Below, in pieces: positions 10,516 through 21,086 of a stretch of 42,927 nucleotides of DNA (the stretch's first letter is position 1; every line of letters begins with the position of its first letter). The stretch is taken from contig JBGPYQ010000003.1 in the NCBI GenBank assembly GCA_041493345.1, positions 1 to 42,927 of the forward strand, written 5' to 3'. A model generated the notes under the pieces. The model saw only the letters and a program-made list of their open reading frames with translations, was not told the origin of the DNA and made no database searches. This DNA is from Gammaproteobacteria bacterium (GTDB taxonomy: Bacteria > Pseudomonadota > Gammaproteobacteria > Burkholderiales > SG8-39). The position numbers and the translations under genes were made by a program.

Positions 10516-11337
10516 CTAGGCCAGGCTGCGGCGCAGGATCACTTCGAGGACAAAGCGGCTGCCCACGTACGCGAGCAACAGCGCAACGAAGCCGGCAAGC
10601 GTCCAGCGCAGCGCGGTGCGCCCGCGCCATCCGTAGAAATAGCGCCCGCACAAGAGCGCCGCGAATATGAACCAGGAAACGACGGCGAAAACCGTCTTGT
10701 GGTCGAATTTCATCGCTCGGCCGAAAAGCGTTTCCGAAAACACGATTCCGGTGGCGAGCGTCAAGGTCAGGAACACGAATCCCGCGAGGATCACCCGGAA
10801 CAGCAGCCGTTCCATGGTGAGCAGCGGCGGCAGCGCGGCGAGCGGCCCGACGATTGCGCCGCCGTGCAGTCGCCGTTCCATCAGCGTCATCAGGAGCGCA
10901 TGCAGCGCCGCGATGGTGAACATTCCGTAGGCGATCATGGCGAGCGCGAGGTGCAGGCGGAACTCGGTCGAATGCGTGTACGCCGGGCTGGCCAGGCCGG
11001 GGAAGAGCGCCGGCAGCGGCGCGCACACCGCGGCAAGCGCGAGGATCGGCGCCTGCATTCCCTCGAGCTGCAGGAACCGGCTCTCGACCCAGTAGAGCAG
11101 CACCGCGAGCCACAGCATCACCGAGAGCGCCTGCCCGAAGCCGAAGCGCAGCTCGGGCTGCGCGAACAGCATCTCGTAGACGAGCCACGTATGAAGCGCG
11201 AACGGCGCGAGGATCGCCGCCCGCTCTAGAGGCGCGATCTGCGGGGCGCTTGCTCCGCGCCAGCGCGTTCGCCAGAAATGAAAGGCGAGCGCCGCGTAGA
11301 GGAGAGACGCCGCCGCGTAGAGTAGAATCGCCGGCAT
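10516..11337 (-). CDS. ypjD: Inner membrane protein YpjD (CcsA-like cytochrome c assembly family)
   Basis: Multi-TM protein with LPPLLTMERLLF, HKTVF, GWRGR, LAYVGSRFVLE; divergent from ffh. Confidence 0.92.
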   Translation of the reverse strand: MPAILLYAAASLLYAALAFHFWRTRWRGASAPQIAPLERAAILAPFALHTWLVYEMLFAQPELRFGFGQALSVMLWLAVLLYWVESRFLQLEGMQAPILALAAVCAPLPALFPGLASPAYTHSTEFRLHLALAMIAYGMFTIAALHALLMTLMERRLHGGAIVGPLAALPPLLTMERLLFRVILAGFVFLTLTLATGIVFSETLFGRAMKFDHKTVFAVVSWFIFAALLCGRYFYGWRGRTALRWTLAGFVALLLAYVGSRFVLEVILRRSLA

Positions 11338-11363
11338 CCGCGCAGTTTACACCACGCCCTCCC

Positions 11364-12713
11364 GTGCTTGAGAACCTGACCGAGCGTCTGTCCCGGATCG
11401 CGAAGACGATTCGCGGCGAGGCGCGTCTCACGGAATCGAACATCCAGGAAGCGCTGCGCGAAGTGCGCGTGGCGCTGCTCGAAGCGGACGTGGCGCTTGC
11501 GGTGGTGAAAACATTTATCGAGCGCGTGCGCGAAGCGGCGCTGGGGGCGGAAGTGACCGGCAGCCTCACCCCCGGTCAGGCGCTGGTGGGCGTCGTGCAC
11601 CGCGAGCTGACCGCGCTCATGGGCGGGGAGAACGCCGCGCTCGATCTCGCGGTGACGCCGCCTGCCGTCCTTCTCCTCGCCGGATTGCAGGGCTCGGGCA
11701 AGACCACCACCGCAGCGAAGCTTGCGAAAATGCTCGCGGAACAACGCGGGAAAAAGCCGCTGCTCGTCTCCTGCGACGTCTACCGTCCCGCGGCAATCGA
11801 GCAACTGAAAACGCTCGCCGCGCAGATCGGCGTCGATTTCTTCCCGTCGGATGCCGGGCAGAAACCGCTGGCCATCGCGCTCGCCGCGCTCGATCACGCC
11901 CGCAAGCATTACCACGACGTGCTGATCGCCGACACCGCGGGGCGCCTGGCGATCGACGCGACCATGATGCAGGAGATCGCCGAGCTGCACGCCGCCTTGA
12001 AGCCGGTCGAGACGCTCTTCGTCGTCGATTCGATGCAGGGGCAGGACTCGGTGAACGTCGCGAAAGCTTTCGGGGACGCGCTGCCCCTGACCGGAATCGT
12101 GCTCACCAAGCTCGACGGCGACGCGCGCGGCGGTGCGGCGCTGTCGGTGCGGCAGGTGACGGGCAAGCCGATCAAGTTCGCCGGCGTGAGCGAGAAGCCG
12201 GACGGCCTGGAACTCTTTCATCCCGAACGCATGGCTTCGCGCATCCTCGGCATGGGCGACGTGCTGTCGCTCGTCGAGGAGGCGAGAAAAAGTGTCGACG
12301 TCGAGCAAGCCAAGAAATTCGCCGAGAAAGTAAAGAAGGGCAAGGGCTTCGATCTGGAGGACTTCAAGCAGCAGATCGGCCAGATGCGCAAGATGGGCGG
12401 GATGTCGGCTCTGGTCGACAAGCTGCCGGCGCAGTTCGCTCAAGCGGCGCAGTCCTCGCAGATGGACGAAAAGCAACTGCGCCGCGTCGAAGGCATCATC
12501 AATGCCATGACGCGCGAGGAACGGGCGAGGCCGGATATCCTGAAGGCTTCGCGCAAGCGGCGCATCGCCGCCGGCGCCGGAGTACCGGTTCAGGAGATCA
12601 ACCGGCTGCTCAACCAGTTCGAGCAGATGCAGAAAATGATGAAGCAAATGCACAAGGGCGGGCTCGCGCGGATGGCGCGGGGCATAAAGGGGTTCATGCC
12701 GGGGATGCGATAG
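11364..12713 (+). CDS. ffh: Signal recognition particle protein Ffh
   Basis: GLQGSGKTTT, DTAGR, TKLDGDARGG, Met-rich M domain with SRKRRIAAGAG; GTG start 11364. Confidence 0.99.
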   Translation: MLENLTERLSRIAKTIRGEARLTESNIQEALREVRVALLEADVALAVVKTFIERVREAALGAEVTGSLTPGQALVGVVHRELTALMGGENAALDLAVTPPAVLLLAGLQGSGKTTTAAKLAKMLAEQRGKKPLLVSCDVYRPAAIEQLKTLAAQIGVDFFPSDAGQKPLAIALAALDHARKHYHDVLIADTAGRLAIDATMMQEIAELHAALKPVETLFVVDSMQGQDSVNVAKAFGDALPLTGIVLTKLDGDARGGAALSVRQVTGKPIKFAGVSEKPDGLELFHPERMASRILGMGDVLSLVEEARKSVDVEQAKKFAEKVKKGKGFDLEDFKQQIGQMRKMGGMSALVDKLPAQFAQAAQSSQMDEKQLRRVEGIINAMTREERARPDILKASRKRRIAAGAGVPVQEINRLLNQFEQMQKMMKQMHKGGLARMARGIKGFMPGMR

Positions 12714-12754
12714 CCGGTCATCGCCGGCAAGCCAGGGGTGTTTCCCGTTTTCCC

Positions 12755-12784
12755 TTGCCAATCAGCGCTAAACTCGCGTAAAAT
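12755..12784 (+). promoter_or_regulatory. Sigma-70 promoter of the rpsP operon
   Basis: TTGCCA-N18-TAAAAT about 30 bp upstream of the rpsP ATG. Confidence 0.6.
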
Positions 12785-12813
12785 CACGCCCTTTTCGATC
12801 TCGGTCATTCGAT

Positions 12814-13077
12814 ATGGTGGTAATTAGACTTGCGCGCGGCGGAGCCAAGAAGCGGCCCTTTTTCAACGTCGTGGTCGCCGATTCGCGCAAGGCGGCGGGC
12901 GGTCGCTTCATCGAGCGCGTCGGCTTCTACGACCCGAAGGCGCCGCAAGGCCGCGAATTGCTGCGTTTCGCGACCGACCGGCTCAGCTACTGGAAGGGGA
13001 AGGGCGCGAAGCTCAGCCCCACGGTGGCGCGGCTTTTCAAGGGCTACAAGGCGCCGGCTGCCGCCGCTGCCAAGTAG
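12814..13077 (+). CDS. rpsP: 30S ribosomal protein S16
   Basis: [16 protein letters not shown]...DGR-like [13 protein letters not shown]. Confidence 0.99.
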   Translation: MVVIRLARGGAKKRPFFNVVVADSRKAAGGRFIERVGFYDPKAPQGRELLRFATDRLSYWKGKGAKLSPTVARLFKGYKAPAAAAAK

Positions 13078-13096
13078 CGCGGTAGCGCGGGGCGGG

Positions 13097-13612
13097 TTGG
13101 CGACGCGCGGTCCAACCGGATGGGTGGTGATGGGGCGCGTGTTGGGGCCCTGGGGCGTGAAGGGCGCGCTGAAGATCGAGCCCTTCGGCGCCGAGAGCGG
13201 CAACCTCTGCAAGTATTCCGCGTGGTGGGTCGGCAAGCCGGAGAAGCTCGATGAAGTCGCGGTGACGGAGTGCCGTGCACACGGCGCCCATCTGGTGGCG
13301 CGCTTCGAGGGATGCGACGATCCCGAGAAGGCGGGCGTGTACCGCGGAGCCGAGGTCGCGTTGAGACGCGAGGATCTGCCGGAACCGGCGGAGCACGAGT
13401 TCTACCAGGCCGATCTGATCGGCTTCGAAGTGGTGAACGCGAAGGGTGAGCGCCTGGGCCGCGTGGCGGGATTTTTCAGCACCGGCGCGAACGACGTGAT
13501 GCGCGTCGCGCACGAAGCCGGAGAGCGGCTGGTACCGGCCACGGCGCAAGTAATCCGCAGGATCGATCTCGAAGCCGGCACGGTCGAAGTCGAGTGGGGG
13601 GCGGACTGGTGA
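13097..13612 (+). CDS. rimM: Ribosome maturation factor RimM (start uncertain: TTG 13097 or ATG 13130)
   Basis: [29 protein letters not shown]; between rpsP and trmD. Confidence 0.95.
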   Translation: MATRGPTGWVVMGRVLGPWGVKGALKIEPFGAESGNLCKYSAWWVGKPEKLDEVAVTECRAHGAHLVARFEGCDDPEKAGVYRGAEVALRREDLPEPAEHEFYQADLIGFEVVNAKGERLGRVAGFFSTGANDVMRVAHEAGERLVPATAQVIRRIDLEAGTVEVEWGADW

Positions 13613-14352
13613 TCCGCTTCGATTGCGTGACGCTGTTTCCCGAGGCGTTCGCCGCGGTGAGCGGTTCGGGTGTGACGCGCCGGGCGCTGGAGCAGGGGCT
13701 GTGGGGCCTCGCGCTGTGGAATCCGCGGGATTTCACGACGGACAATTACCGCACGGTCGACGATCGGCCGTACGGGGGCGGGCCCGGCATGGTGATGCTG
13801 GCCGAGCCGTTGGAAAAGGCGATCGTCGCGGCGAAGGCTGCGGCGCAGGGCGCCGCGAAAACGATCCACCTCTCGCCTCAAGGGCCGGTGCTGGATCACA
13901 GGAAGGTGATGGCGCTCGCGGCCGAACCGCGCCTGGTGCTGCTGTGCGGACGCTATGAGGGCGTGGATGAGCGGCTGATCCGACGCAGCGTGGACGAGGA
14001 GCTGTCGATCGGCGACTATGTCCTCTCGGGCGGCGAGCTGGCGGCGATGGTGCTGATCGACGCGGTGGTGCGGCAGCTGCCCGGCGCGCTCGGCGACGGG
14101 CTCTCGGCGGAGCAGGACTCGTTCGTGAACGGGCTGCTCGACTGCCCGCAGTACACGCGGCCGGAAACGTACGCGGGCGATCCGGTGCCGCCGGTGCTGC
14201 TCTCGGGGCACCATGCGCAGATCGAGCGCTGGCGGCTGAAACAGTCTTTGGGCCGCACCTGGCTGAGGAGACCGGATCTGCTCGAACGACGCGGCATGAG
14301 CGAGACCGAACGCAAGCTGCTCGAGGAATTCAGGCAGGAGATGGAACGTTAA
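13609..14352 (+). CDS. trmD: tRNA (guanine-37-N1)-methyltransferase
   Basis: [34 protein letters not shown]; GTGA overlap with rimM. Confidence 0.99.
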   Translation: MIRFDCVTLFPEAFAAVSGSGVTRRALEQGLWGLALWNPRDFTTDNYRTVDDRPYGGGPGMVMLAEPLEKAIVAAKAAAQGAAKTIHLSPQGPVLDHRKVMALAAEPRLVLLCGRYEGVDERLIRRSVDEELSIGDYVLSGGELAAMVLIDAVVRQLPGALGDGLSAEQDSFVNGLLDCPQYTRPETYAGDPVPPVLLSGHHAQIERWRLKQSLGRTWLRRPDLLERRGMSETERKLLEEFRQEMER

Positions 14353-14392
14353 CAGTAGCGGGCGCCGTGCGCACCACTGAAGGAGCGAAGCG

Positions 14393-14779
14393 ATGAATCT
14401 CATTCAAAAACTCGAGCACGAAGAGATCAAGCGGCTCGGCCGCAGTATTCCGGAGTTTTCCGCCGGCGACACCGTGGTGGTGAACGTCAACGTGGTCGAG
14501 GGCGAGCGCAAGCGCGTGCAGGCCTACGAAGGCATCGTGATAGGCAAGCGCAACCGCGGCGTCAATTCCTCGTTCACGGTGCGCAAGGTTTCCTCCGGCG
14601 AAGGCGTGGAGCGCACCTTCCAGACCTACTCACCGCTGATCGCTTCGATCGAAGTGAAACGCAAGGGCGACGTGCGTCGCGCCAAGCTCTACTACATGCG
14701 CGCCCGCTCGGGCAAGGGTGCCCGCATCCGCGAGAAAGTGGCCGGCCACGAACAAGGCGGCGAAGAGCAGAAGTCGTGA
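14393..14779 (+). CDS. rplS: 50S ribosomal protein L19
   Basis: [26 protein letters not shown]. Confidence 0.99.
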   Translation: MNLIQKLEHEEIKRLGRSIPEFSAGDTVVVNVNVVEGERKRVQAYEGIVIGKRNRGVNSSFTVRKVSSGEGVERTFQTYSPLIASIEVKRKGDVRRAKLYYMRARSGKGARIREKVAGHEQGGEEQKS

Positions 14780-14781
14780 CG

Positions 14782-14801
14782 AAGGGCGCGCAAGCGCCTT
14801 T
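14782..14801 (+). terminator. Possible terminator after rplS
   Basis: aagggcgc-GCAA-gcgccttt hairpin with GNRA loop; U-tract weak. Confidence 0.4.
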
Positions 14802-14911
14802 GCCACCTTCATCTTTTCCCGCGCTCCCTGCCGCCCCGCGCAGATCGGCCGTGGATCGAGGGGCGTCGCACCGTTGATTGGCGTAAAATTTGCCGATATC
14901 AGCACAAGATC

Positions 14912-16021
14912 ATGAGCCTCAGTCCCATTCCGGATATCGTCGCCGAGCTCAAGGCCGGCCGCATGATCGTGCTCGTGGACGAGGAGGACCGCGAGAACGA
15001 GGGCGATCTCGTGCTCGCGGCCGATTTTGTGTCGCCCGAAGCGATCAACTTCATGGCCCGGCACGGGCGCGGGCTTATTTGCCTGACGCTGACCGAGGCC
15101 CGCTGCCGGCAGCTGAATCTCCCGTTGATGGTGCGCGAGAACCGCTCGCCGCTCGGCACGAATTTCACCGTGTCGATCGAGGCGGCGAGGGGCGTGACCA
15201 CCGGTATTTCGGCGCAGGACCGCTCGCGCACGGTGCAGGCGGCGGTTGCCCCCGACGCGAAGCCCGAGGACATCGTTCAGCCCGGGCATATCTTTCCGCT
15301 GATGGCGCAAACCGGAGGGGTGCTCGCGCGCGCCGGACACACCGAAGCCGGCTGCGACCTGGCAAACCACGCCGGCCTTTCTCCAGCCGCGGTGATCTGC
15401 GAGATCCTCAAGGACGACGGATCCATGGCGCGGCTGGCGGACCTGATCGAATTCTCGAAACAGCATGGCCTGAGGATCGGCTCGATCGCCGACCTCATCC
15501 GCTTCCGCAGCCAGAATGAATCGCTCATCAAGCGCGTCACCGAGCGCGTCATCCGAACACGATTCGGGCCGTTCCGGCTGGTCGCCTACCTCGAAAAGCT
15601 CGCCGGGAATACCCACCTCGCGCTTGCTCGCGGCGAGATCTCGCCCGACACCGAAACGCTCGTGCGCGTGCACCAGCCGCTTTCGGTGCTCGACTTGCTC
15701 GATGCCGGCCCCGGAACGCATTCGTGGGCCGTGCATGAGGCGTTGGAGAAAATCGCCGACGAGGGCAAGGGTGTGATGGTGCTTCTCGATTGTTCCGAGA
15801 GCTCGGGGCAGCTGATCGAGCATGTGGCATCGAGCACCCAGCCGCGGACGCCGGTAAAGATGGATTTTCTGACCTACGGCATCGGTGCGCAAATCCTGCG
15901 CGACCTCAAGGTCGGCAAGATGCGCCTCATGGCGGCGCCGCGCAAGATGCCCAGCATGGCCGGATGGGAGCTCGAGATCACCGGCTACGTGCAGAACACG
16001 GCCAAATCGCGGGACCGTTGA
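14912..16021 (+). CDS. ribB: 3,4-dihydroxy-2-butanone 4-phosphate synthase fused to degenerate GTP cyclohydrolase II-like domain (RibBX type)
   Basis: [40 protein letters not shown]; C-terminal domain has LVRVH and [11 protein letters not shown] but lacks the Zn-binding Cys cluster. Confidence 0.95.
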   Translation: MSLSPIPDIVAELKAGRMIVLVDEEDRENEGDLVLAADFVSPEAINFMARHGRGLICLTLTEARCRQLNLPLMVRENRSPLGTNFTVSIEAARGVTTGISAQDRSRTVQAAVAPDAKPEDIVQPGHIFPLMAQTGGVLARAGHTEAGCDLANHAGLSPAAVICEILKDDGSMARLADLIEFSKQHGLRIGSIADLIRFRSQNESLIKRVTERVIRTRFGPFRLVAYLEKLAGNTHLALARGEISPDTETLVRVHQPLSVLDLLDAGPGTHSWAVHEALEKIADEGKGVMVLLDCSESSGQLIEHVASSTQPRTPVKMDFLTYGIGAQILRDLKVGKMRLMAAPRKMPSMAGWELEITGYVQNTAKSRDR

Positions 16022-16479
16022 TGGCCGAGATCAAGGCCGACTTGAGCGGAGGCGGCTGGCGCGTCGGCATCGTGCGCAGCCGCTTCAACGAACGCATCGG
16101 CCTGGCCCTGCTCGAAGCATGCCGCAAGCGGCTCGACGAGCTCGGCGTCACGGCGGTCACGATCGTTTCGGTGCCGGGCGCGCTCGAAGCGCCGCTTGCC
16201 TTGCAGAAGCTCTCCAACACGGGGATATACGACGCATTGATCGCGCTAGGCGCCGTCATCCGCGGCGAGACCTATCACTTCGAAATCGTCGCCGATGAGT
16301 CCGCTTCGGGTCTCATGCAGGTGCAGCTCGACAGCGGCGTCCCGGTTGCGAACGGCATTCTCACCGCCGACAACGAGGCGCAGGCCCAGTCGCGCGCGGC
16401 GCAAAAGGGGCGCGACTGCGCCGAAGCGGCGGTGGAGATGGCCAATCTCGGCAGAAACATTGCCAAGAGCCACAAATGA
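16021..16479 (+). CDS. ribH: 6,7-dimethyl-8-ribityllumazine synthase
   Basis: [25 protein letters not shown]. Confidence 0.98.
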   Translation: MAEIKADLSGGGWRVGIVRSRFNERIGLALLEACRKRLDELGVTAVTIVSVPGALEAPLALQKLSNTGIYDALIALGAVIRGETYHFEIVADESASGLMQVQLDSGVPVANGILTADNEAQAQSRAAQKGRDCAEAAVEMANLGRNIAKSHK

Positions 16480-16898
16480 GATCGGCGCGGCGCCGTTCGC
16501 GCGAGCTTGCGCTGCAGGGCCTGTACGCCTGGCAGCTCGCAGGCGACAACGCCGCCGATCTGCGCTCGCAGCTTGCCGAATCCAAAGGCTTCGGCAAGGC
16601 CGACGGCGAGTACTTTGAGCGGCTTCTTCAAGGAACGATAGCGCACGCATCCGCCCTCGAACGCCTGATCGAGCCGGCGCTGGACCGCAAGCTCAAGGAG
16701 CTTTCGCCAGTCGAGCGCGGGATTCTGCTGCTCGCCGCGTTCGAGCTGGAAAACGCGCCCGAGGTGCCGTACAAGGTGGTGATCAACGAGGCGGTCGAGC
16801 TGGCGAAGCTCTTCGGCGGGACCAATGGCCACAAGTACGTCAACGGCGTCCTCGACAAGATCGCGAAACAACTGCGCCCGGCCGAAACCGGCACATGA
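16476..16898 (+). CDS. nusB: Transcription antitermination factor NusB
   Basis: [32 protein letters not shown]. Confidence 0.98.
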   Translation: MRSARRRSRELALQGLYAWQLAGDNAADLRSQLAESKGFGKADGEYFERLLQGTIAHASALERLIEPALDRKLKELSPVERGILLLAAFELENAPEVPYKVVINEAVELAKLFGGTNGHKYVNGVLDKIAKQLRPAETGT

Positions 16899-17854
16899 CC
16901 TCCGAATTCGAGATCATCAGAAAATATTTCACGCGGCCCGCCCCGACGGCGGTGCTGGGGGTGGGCGACGATTGCGCGCTGCTGCAGCCCAGCGCCGGCA
17001 TGCTGCTCGCGGTCTCGACCGACATGCTGCTGGCGGGGCGGCACTTTTTCCCCGACGCCGACCCGCACAAGCTCGGCCACAAGGCGCTTGCGGTCAACCT
17101 CTCGGACCTCGCGGCGATGGGGGCGGACCCCCGCTGGGCCCTGCTCGCTGTCGCGTTGCCCGATATCAATGAGGAATGGATTGCACGCTTTGCCGACGGA
17201 TTTTTCCGGATCGCGGACCGCTTCAAGGTTGAACTGATCGGCGGGGACACCACGCGCGGTTCCCTCGCGATGTCCGTCACGGTGATCGGCGAAGTGCCGC
17301 CTGACCTGTCGCTGCGGCGCGATGCGGCGATCGCGGGCGATGACATCTGGCTGTCGGGTTCGACCGGAGAGGCCGCTCTCGCGCTTGCACACCTGCAGGG
17401 CCGGGCGCAGCTGCAGGGCGCGGCGCGCGACGACTGCCTTGCGCGCCTGCATACGCCGGAGCCGCGCGTGGAGCTCGGAGGACGGCTGCGCGGAATTGCC
17501 CGCGGCGCGATCGACATCTCCGACGGCTTGATCGCCGACCTCGGTCATGTCCTGGAGGCTTCCGGCGTCGGCGCAGACCTTTCCTGGGAGAGCCTGCCGC
17601 GCGCCCGGGCGATCGCCGCGTGCCGCGATGAGGCGCTCGCCAATGATTGCCTGCTTGCGGGCGGGGACGATTACGAGCTTCTGTTCACCGTGCCGCCGTA
17701 CAAGCGCGGCCAAGTCGAGACCGTGGCGAAGGACCTCGGCCTGCCGCTGACGCGCATCGGCGTTGTCATTCCCGGTGAGTCCACAGCGACGGTGCGCGAT
17801 GCCAAAGGAAAATCCGTGCCCGTCACGCGCAAGGGATTCGATCATTTCGCATGA
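16895..17854 (+). CDS. thiL: Thiamine-phosphate kinase
   Basis: GVGDDCA, AVNLSDLAAMGA, LIGGDTT, IDISDGL, GGDDYELLF. Confidence 0.98.
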   Translation: MTSEFEIIRKYFTRPAPTAVLGVGDDCALLQPSAGMLLAVSTDMLLAGRHFFPDADPHKLGHKALAVNLSDLAAMGADPRWALLAVALPDINEEWIARFADGFFRIADRFKVELIGGDTTRGSLAMSVTVIGEVPPDLSLRRDAAIAGDDIWLSGSTGEAALALAHLQGRAQLQGAARDDCLARLHTPEPRVELGGRLRGIARGAIDISDGLIADLGHVLEASGVGADLSWESLPRARAIAACRDEALANDCLLAGGDDYELLFTVPPYKRGQVETVAKDLGLPLTRIGVVIPGESTATVRDAKGKSVPVTRKGFDHFA

Positions 17855-18336
17855 TTCTGCGCCCGACGCCGGGATTCGCGCTCTCGCACCCCGCCCACTT
17901 CATCGCGCTCGGCTTCGGCACCGGCCTGGCGCCCATCGCCCCGGGCACTGTCGGCACGCTGCTTGCGTTTCCGCTGTTCGGCCTTCTCGAATCCTGGCTG
18001 CCGCCGCTGCCGCTGTTCGCGGTGATCGTGCTTTTATTCGGGATCGGCGTCTGGGCTTGCGAGCGCACCGGGCGCGATCTGGAAATCGCCGACCACAGCG
18101 GAATGAACTGGGACGAGATCGTGGCCTTTCTGCTGGTGCTTCTGCTCACGCCTGAGGGCTGGGCATGGCAGGCGTTTGCGTTTTTCGCGTTCCGCTTCTT
18201 TGACGTGGTCAAGCCTGCGCCGATCCGCCACTTCGATCGGACCATCAAAGGCGGATTCGGCGTGATGTTCGACGACATTCTCGCCGCGTTTTATACGCTT
18301 TTGTCGATGGCGATCGTCCGGCAGCTGATGCTCTGA
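17851..18336 (+). CDS. pgpA: Phosphatidylglycerophosphatase A
   Basis: GFGTGLAPIAPGTVGT, WDEIVAF, FRFFDVVKP, GGFGVMFDD. Confidence 0.97.
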   Translation: MILRPTPGFALSHPAHFIALGFGTGLAPIAPGTVGTLLAFPLFGLLESWLPPLPLFAVIVLLFGIGVWACERTGRDLEIADHSGMNWDEIVAFLLVLLLTPEGWAWQAFAFFAFRFFDVVKPAPIRHFDRTIKGGFGVMFDDILAAFYTLLSMAIVRQLML

Positions 18337-18343
18337 GCCTGCC

Positions 18344-19360
18344 TCACTTGCGCAGAGTCCCGTAAAAAGCCCGGTACCACTCGGCAAACCGCCTGACACC
18401 GGTTTCGATCGGGGTTTGCGGCTTATAGCCGACCGCCTTCTGCAATTCTCCGGCATCCGCAAAAGTCGCCAGAACATCTCCGGCCTGCATCGGCAGCAGG
18501 TCGAGTTGCGCCTTCTTGCCGAGACATTGTTCGAGCACCTCGATATAACGCATGAGCTTGACCGGCTGGTTGTTGCCGATGTTGAAGATGCGCCAGGGCG
18601 CGTAACTCGTGGCCGGATCCGGGTGATCGCCGCTCCAGCCGGGCGCGGGAGCGGCGGGCTGGCCGATGACCCTCACGATCCCCTCGACGATGTCGTCGAT
18701 GTAAGTGAAATCGCGCACCATGTCCCCGCGGTTGAATACCGGGATCGGACGCCCGGCGAGGATTCCCTCCGTGAACTTGAACAGCGCCATGTCGGGGCGT
18801 CCCCAGGGGCCATAAACGGTGAAGAACCGCAATCCCGTGCACGGCAGCCCGTAGAGGTGGGCGTAGCTGTGCGCCATCAGCTCGTTCGCCTTCTTGGTCG
18901 CCGCGTACAACGAAACAGGGTGGTCGACGTTGTCGTGCTCGGAAAACGGCAACCGGGTGTTCGCGCCGTAGACCGAGCTGCTCGAGGCAAAGACGAGGTG
19001 TCCGACCTTCGAGTGACGGCAGCCTTCGAGCACGTGCGTGAAGCCGACGATGTTGGCGTCGATGTAGGCTGAAGGGTTTTCGATCGAGTAGCGCACCCCG
19101 GCCTGGGCGGCCAGATGCATGACCGCGTCGAATTTGCCGGCGGCGAAGAGCTCGCCCATCGGCTTGCGCTCGACGATGTCGAGCTTCTGAAACCGGAACC
19201 CGGCGCGGGCGAGCAAGCGATCGAGCCGCGCCTGTTTGAGCCGGACGTCGTAATAGTCGTTCAGATTGTCGATGGCGGCGACTTCGTCGCCGCGATCGAG
19301 CAGGCGGTGCGCCAGCGCGGAACCGATGAACCCGGCGGCGCCCGTTACAAGAATCTTCAT
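18344..19360 (-). CDS. NAD-dependent epimerase, UDP-glucuronate 4-epimerase (CapI/Uge-like)
   Basis: MKILVTGAAGFIG, HLAAQAGVRYS, YAATK, LRFFTVYGPWGRPDMA; ATG 19360 overlaps galE stop. Confidence 0.95.
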   Translation of the reverse strand: MKILVTGAAGFIGSALAHRLLDRGDEVAAIDNLNDYYDVRLKQARLDRLLARAGFRFQKLDIVERKPMGELFAAGKFDAVMHLAAQAGVRYSIENPSAYIDANIVGFTHVLEGCRHSKVGHLVFASSSSVYGANTRLPFSEHDNVDHPVSLYAATKKANELMAHSYAHLYGLPCTGLRFFTVYGPWGRPDMALFKFTEGILAGRPIPVFNRGDMVRDFTYIDDIVEGIVRVIGQPAAPAPGWSGDHPDPATSYAPWRIFNIGNNQPVKLMRYIEVLEQCLGKKAQLDLLPMQAGDVLATFADAGELQKAVGYKPQTPIETGVRRFAEWYRAFYGTLRK

Positions 19361-20385
19361 TTTCGATCTTCTTCCCGGTAACCGTGAGGGTTCATGCTTT
19401 GCCATCGCCATGCATCGCGGCACATTTCGTCGAGTTCGCGCACCGCTTTCCAGCCCAGCGCCTTTTCCGCGAGCGACGGGTCCGCATAGCACTCGGCGAT
19501 GTCGCCCGCACGGCGGGCGACCCGCTCGCAAGGTATCGTGCGGCCACTCGCGCGCTCGAAGGCGCGTACTGCTTCCAGCACCGAGATTCCCCGCCCGGTG
19601 CCGAGGTTGACCGTGATCCCGCGCTGTTCGCGTTGCATGGTTTCCATCGCCGCGAGGTGGCCGCGCGCGAGATCGACGACATGAATGTAGTCGCGTATCC
19701 CGGTGCCGTCGCGCGTCGGGTAGTCGCTGCCGAACACGCGCAGCCTGTCGCGAACGCCCGCGGCGACCTGCGCGACATAGGGCATGAGGTTGTTCGGAAT
19801 ACCTTGCGGGTCCTCGCCGATCAATCCGCTCGGATGCGCGCCCGCCGGATTGAAATATCGCAGCAAGGCGATGCGCCAGAGGGCGGGGGCGGAAGCCGCG
19901 AGATCCTCGAGAATCCGCTCGACCATCAATTTCGAATGGCCGTATGGATTGGCGGGAGCGAGCGGCGCATCCTCGCGGATCGGCACCGACGAGGGGCTGC
20001 CGTAGACCGTCGCGGAGGAGGAGAACACCAGCATCCCGACTCGCGCCTGCGCCATCGCGCCGCACAGAACCAACGCGCCCTGCACGTTGTTGTCGTAGTA
20101 TTCGATCGGCTTTTCGACCGATTCGCCCACCGCCTTGAGGCCGGCAAAGTGGATCACGGCGTCAAATCGGGTCCGGGCGAATATGTCCCGCAATGCGACC
20201 GGATCGCGAACGTCTGCTTTCGTGAATTCGGGCGTCTTGCCGGTGATTTGCGCGATGCGTCCGAGCACCGCGGGATGGCTGTTGCAGAAGTTGTCGAAAA
20301 TGGCAACGTCGTGTCCCGCCTGCATCAGCTCGACGCAGGTGTGGGATCCGATATAGCCGGCCCCGCCCGTCACTAGCACTTTCAT
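19357..20385 (-). CDS. galE: UDP-glucose 4-epimerase
   Basis: TGGAGYIGSH, HFAGLKAVGES, LRYFNPAGAHPSG, DGTGIRDYIHV. Confidence 0.98.
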   Translation of the reverse strand: MKVLVTGGAGYIGSHTCVELMQAGHDVAIFDNFCNSHPAVLGRIAQITGKTPEFTKADVRDPVALRDIFARTRFDAVIHFAGLKAVGESVEKPIEYYDNNVQGALVLCGAMAQARVGMLVFSSSATVYGSPSSVPIREDAPLAPANPYGHSKLMVERILEDLAASAPALWRIALLRYFNPAGAHPSGLIGEDPQGIPNNLMPYVAQVAAGVRDRLRVFGSDYPTRDGTGIRDYIHVVDLARGHLAAMETMQREQRGITVNLGTGRGISVLEAVRAFERASGRTIPCERVARRAGDIAECYADPSLAEKALGWKAVRELDEMCRDAWRWQSMNPHGYREEDRK

Positions 20386-20471
20386 GGCAGTCTGCTCGTG
20401 TTCACACTCCGGATAGTCCGCAGGGGCCGGATCGGCGCGCGCGGGGCACTCTGCAACGGGCGTTACCGCGG

Positions 20472-20501
20472 ATCATGAAGTCGCCGGGCGAGCCAGGTCA
20501 A
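20472..20501 (-). promoter_or_regulatory. Putative sigma-70 promoter of galE (copy 1 of a 30-bp direct repeat)
   Basis: Minus strand TTGACC-N18-CATGAT; 27/30 identical to 21087-21116. Confidence 0.55.
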
Positions 20502-20754
20502 GTGCGGGGGCCGCGGCACCCACGGCCCCGCGTGCTCGAGAACGCACACGCCGGGCTACGCATCCCCGGTCCGGGCAATGACCCGCGTCGGCCTCTTACC
20601 CTTCGGGCACAACGTTACGCATCAGGAATTCGAATACCGCGCGCCGAGGGCCCTCGGCAAGGAGAGGCACAACTCGCCGTGCGACAAGGCGCCCATCGGG
20701 AAGGGATGCCCCGCCGTCCGCGGCGAGCACTTGCACGTGCGGAAAGGTGGAAAT

Positions 20755-21001
20755 TCAGTGCAGGCGGTGTCCGCCGGTGGCTTCGCGTCGCGCTTTCGTC
20801 TCACATGTTACGCGCACGCGCGCGGACGTGGACGCCTTCGCGCGCTTCTTAGGACGCAGGCAGCTCACCACGGGGGGGGATCAGATCACTGGCGTTTTCC
20901 GGGGATTCCACTTCGCGGATATAGCAGCCAAAAAGGTAGGCCACACCCAACCCGACAAGGGGCCATGCAATCAGTACGGCTACCCAGGTAATCCAGGTCA
21001 T
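20755..21001 (-). CDS. Small single-TM membrane protein, frameshifted in a C8 tract (50 aa as sequenced, 81 aa with C7)
   Basis: ATG 21001: MTWITWVAVLIAWPLVGLGVAYLFGCYIREVESPENASDLIPP, stop at 20849-20851. Removing one C at 20872-20879 extends it with VVSCLRPKKRAK...GGHRLH* to 20755. Not in the ORF track. Confidence 0.55.
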
Positions 21002-21086
21002 AAAGCGATTGAGTGAAAAAAATTCCGCCCGCTGGCCGCGTCGGCTCTTTGGCGCCCGGGCGCTCCGCGACGAGCGTTATGACAAT

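Noticed and set aside
20475-21016. Plus-strand ORFs 20475-20852, 20578-20991 and 20747-21016
   Set aside because: No motifs or RBS; the minus-strand TM ORF with its own promoter is better supported.
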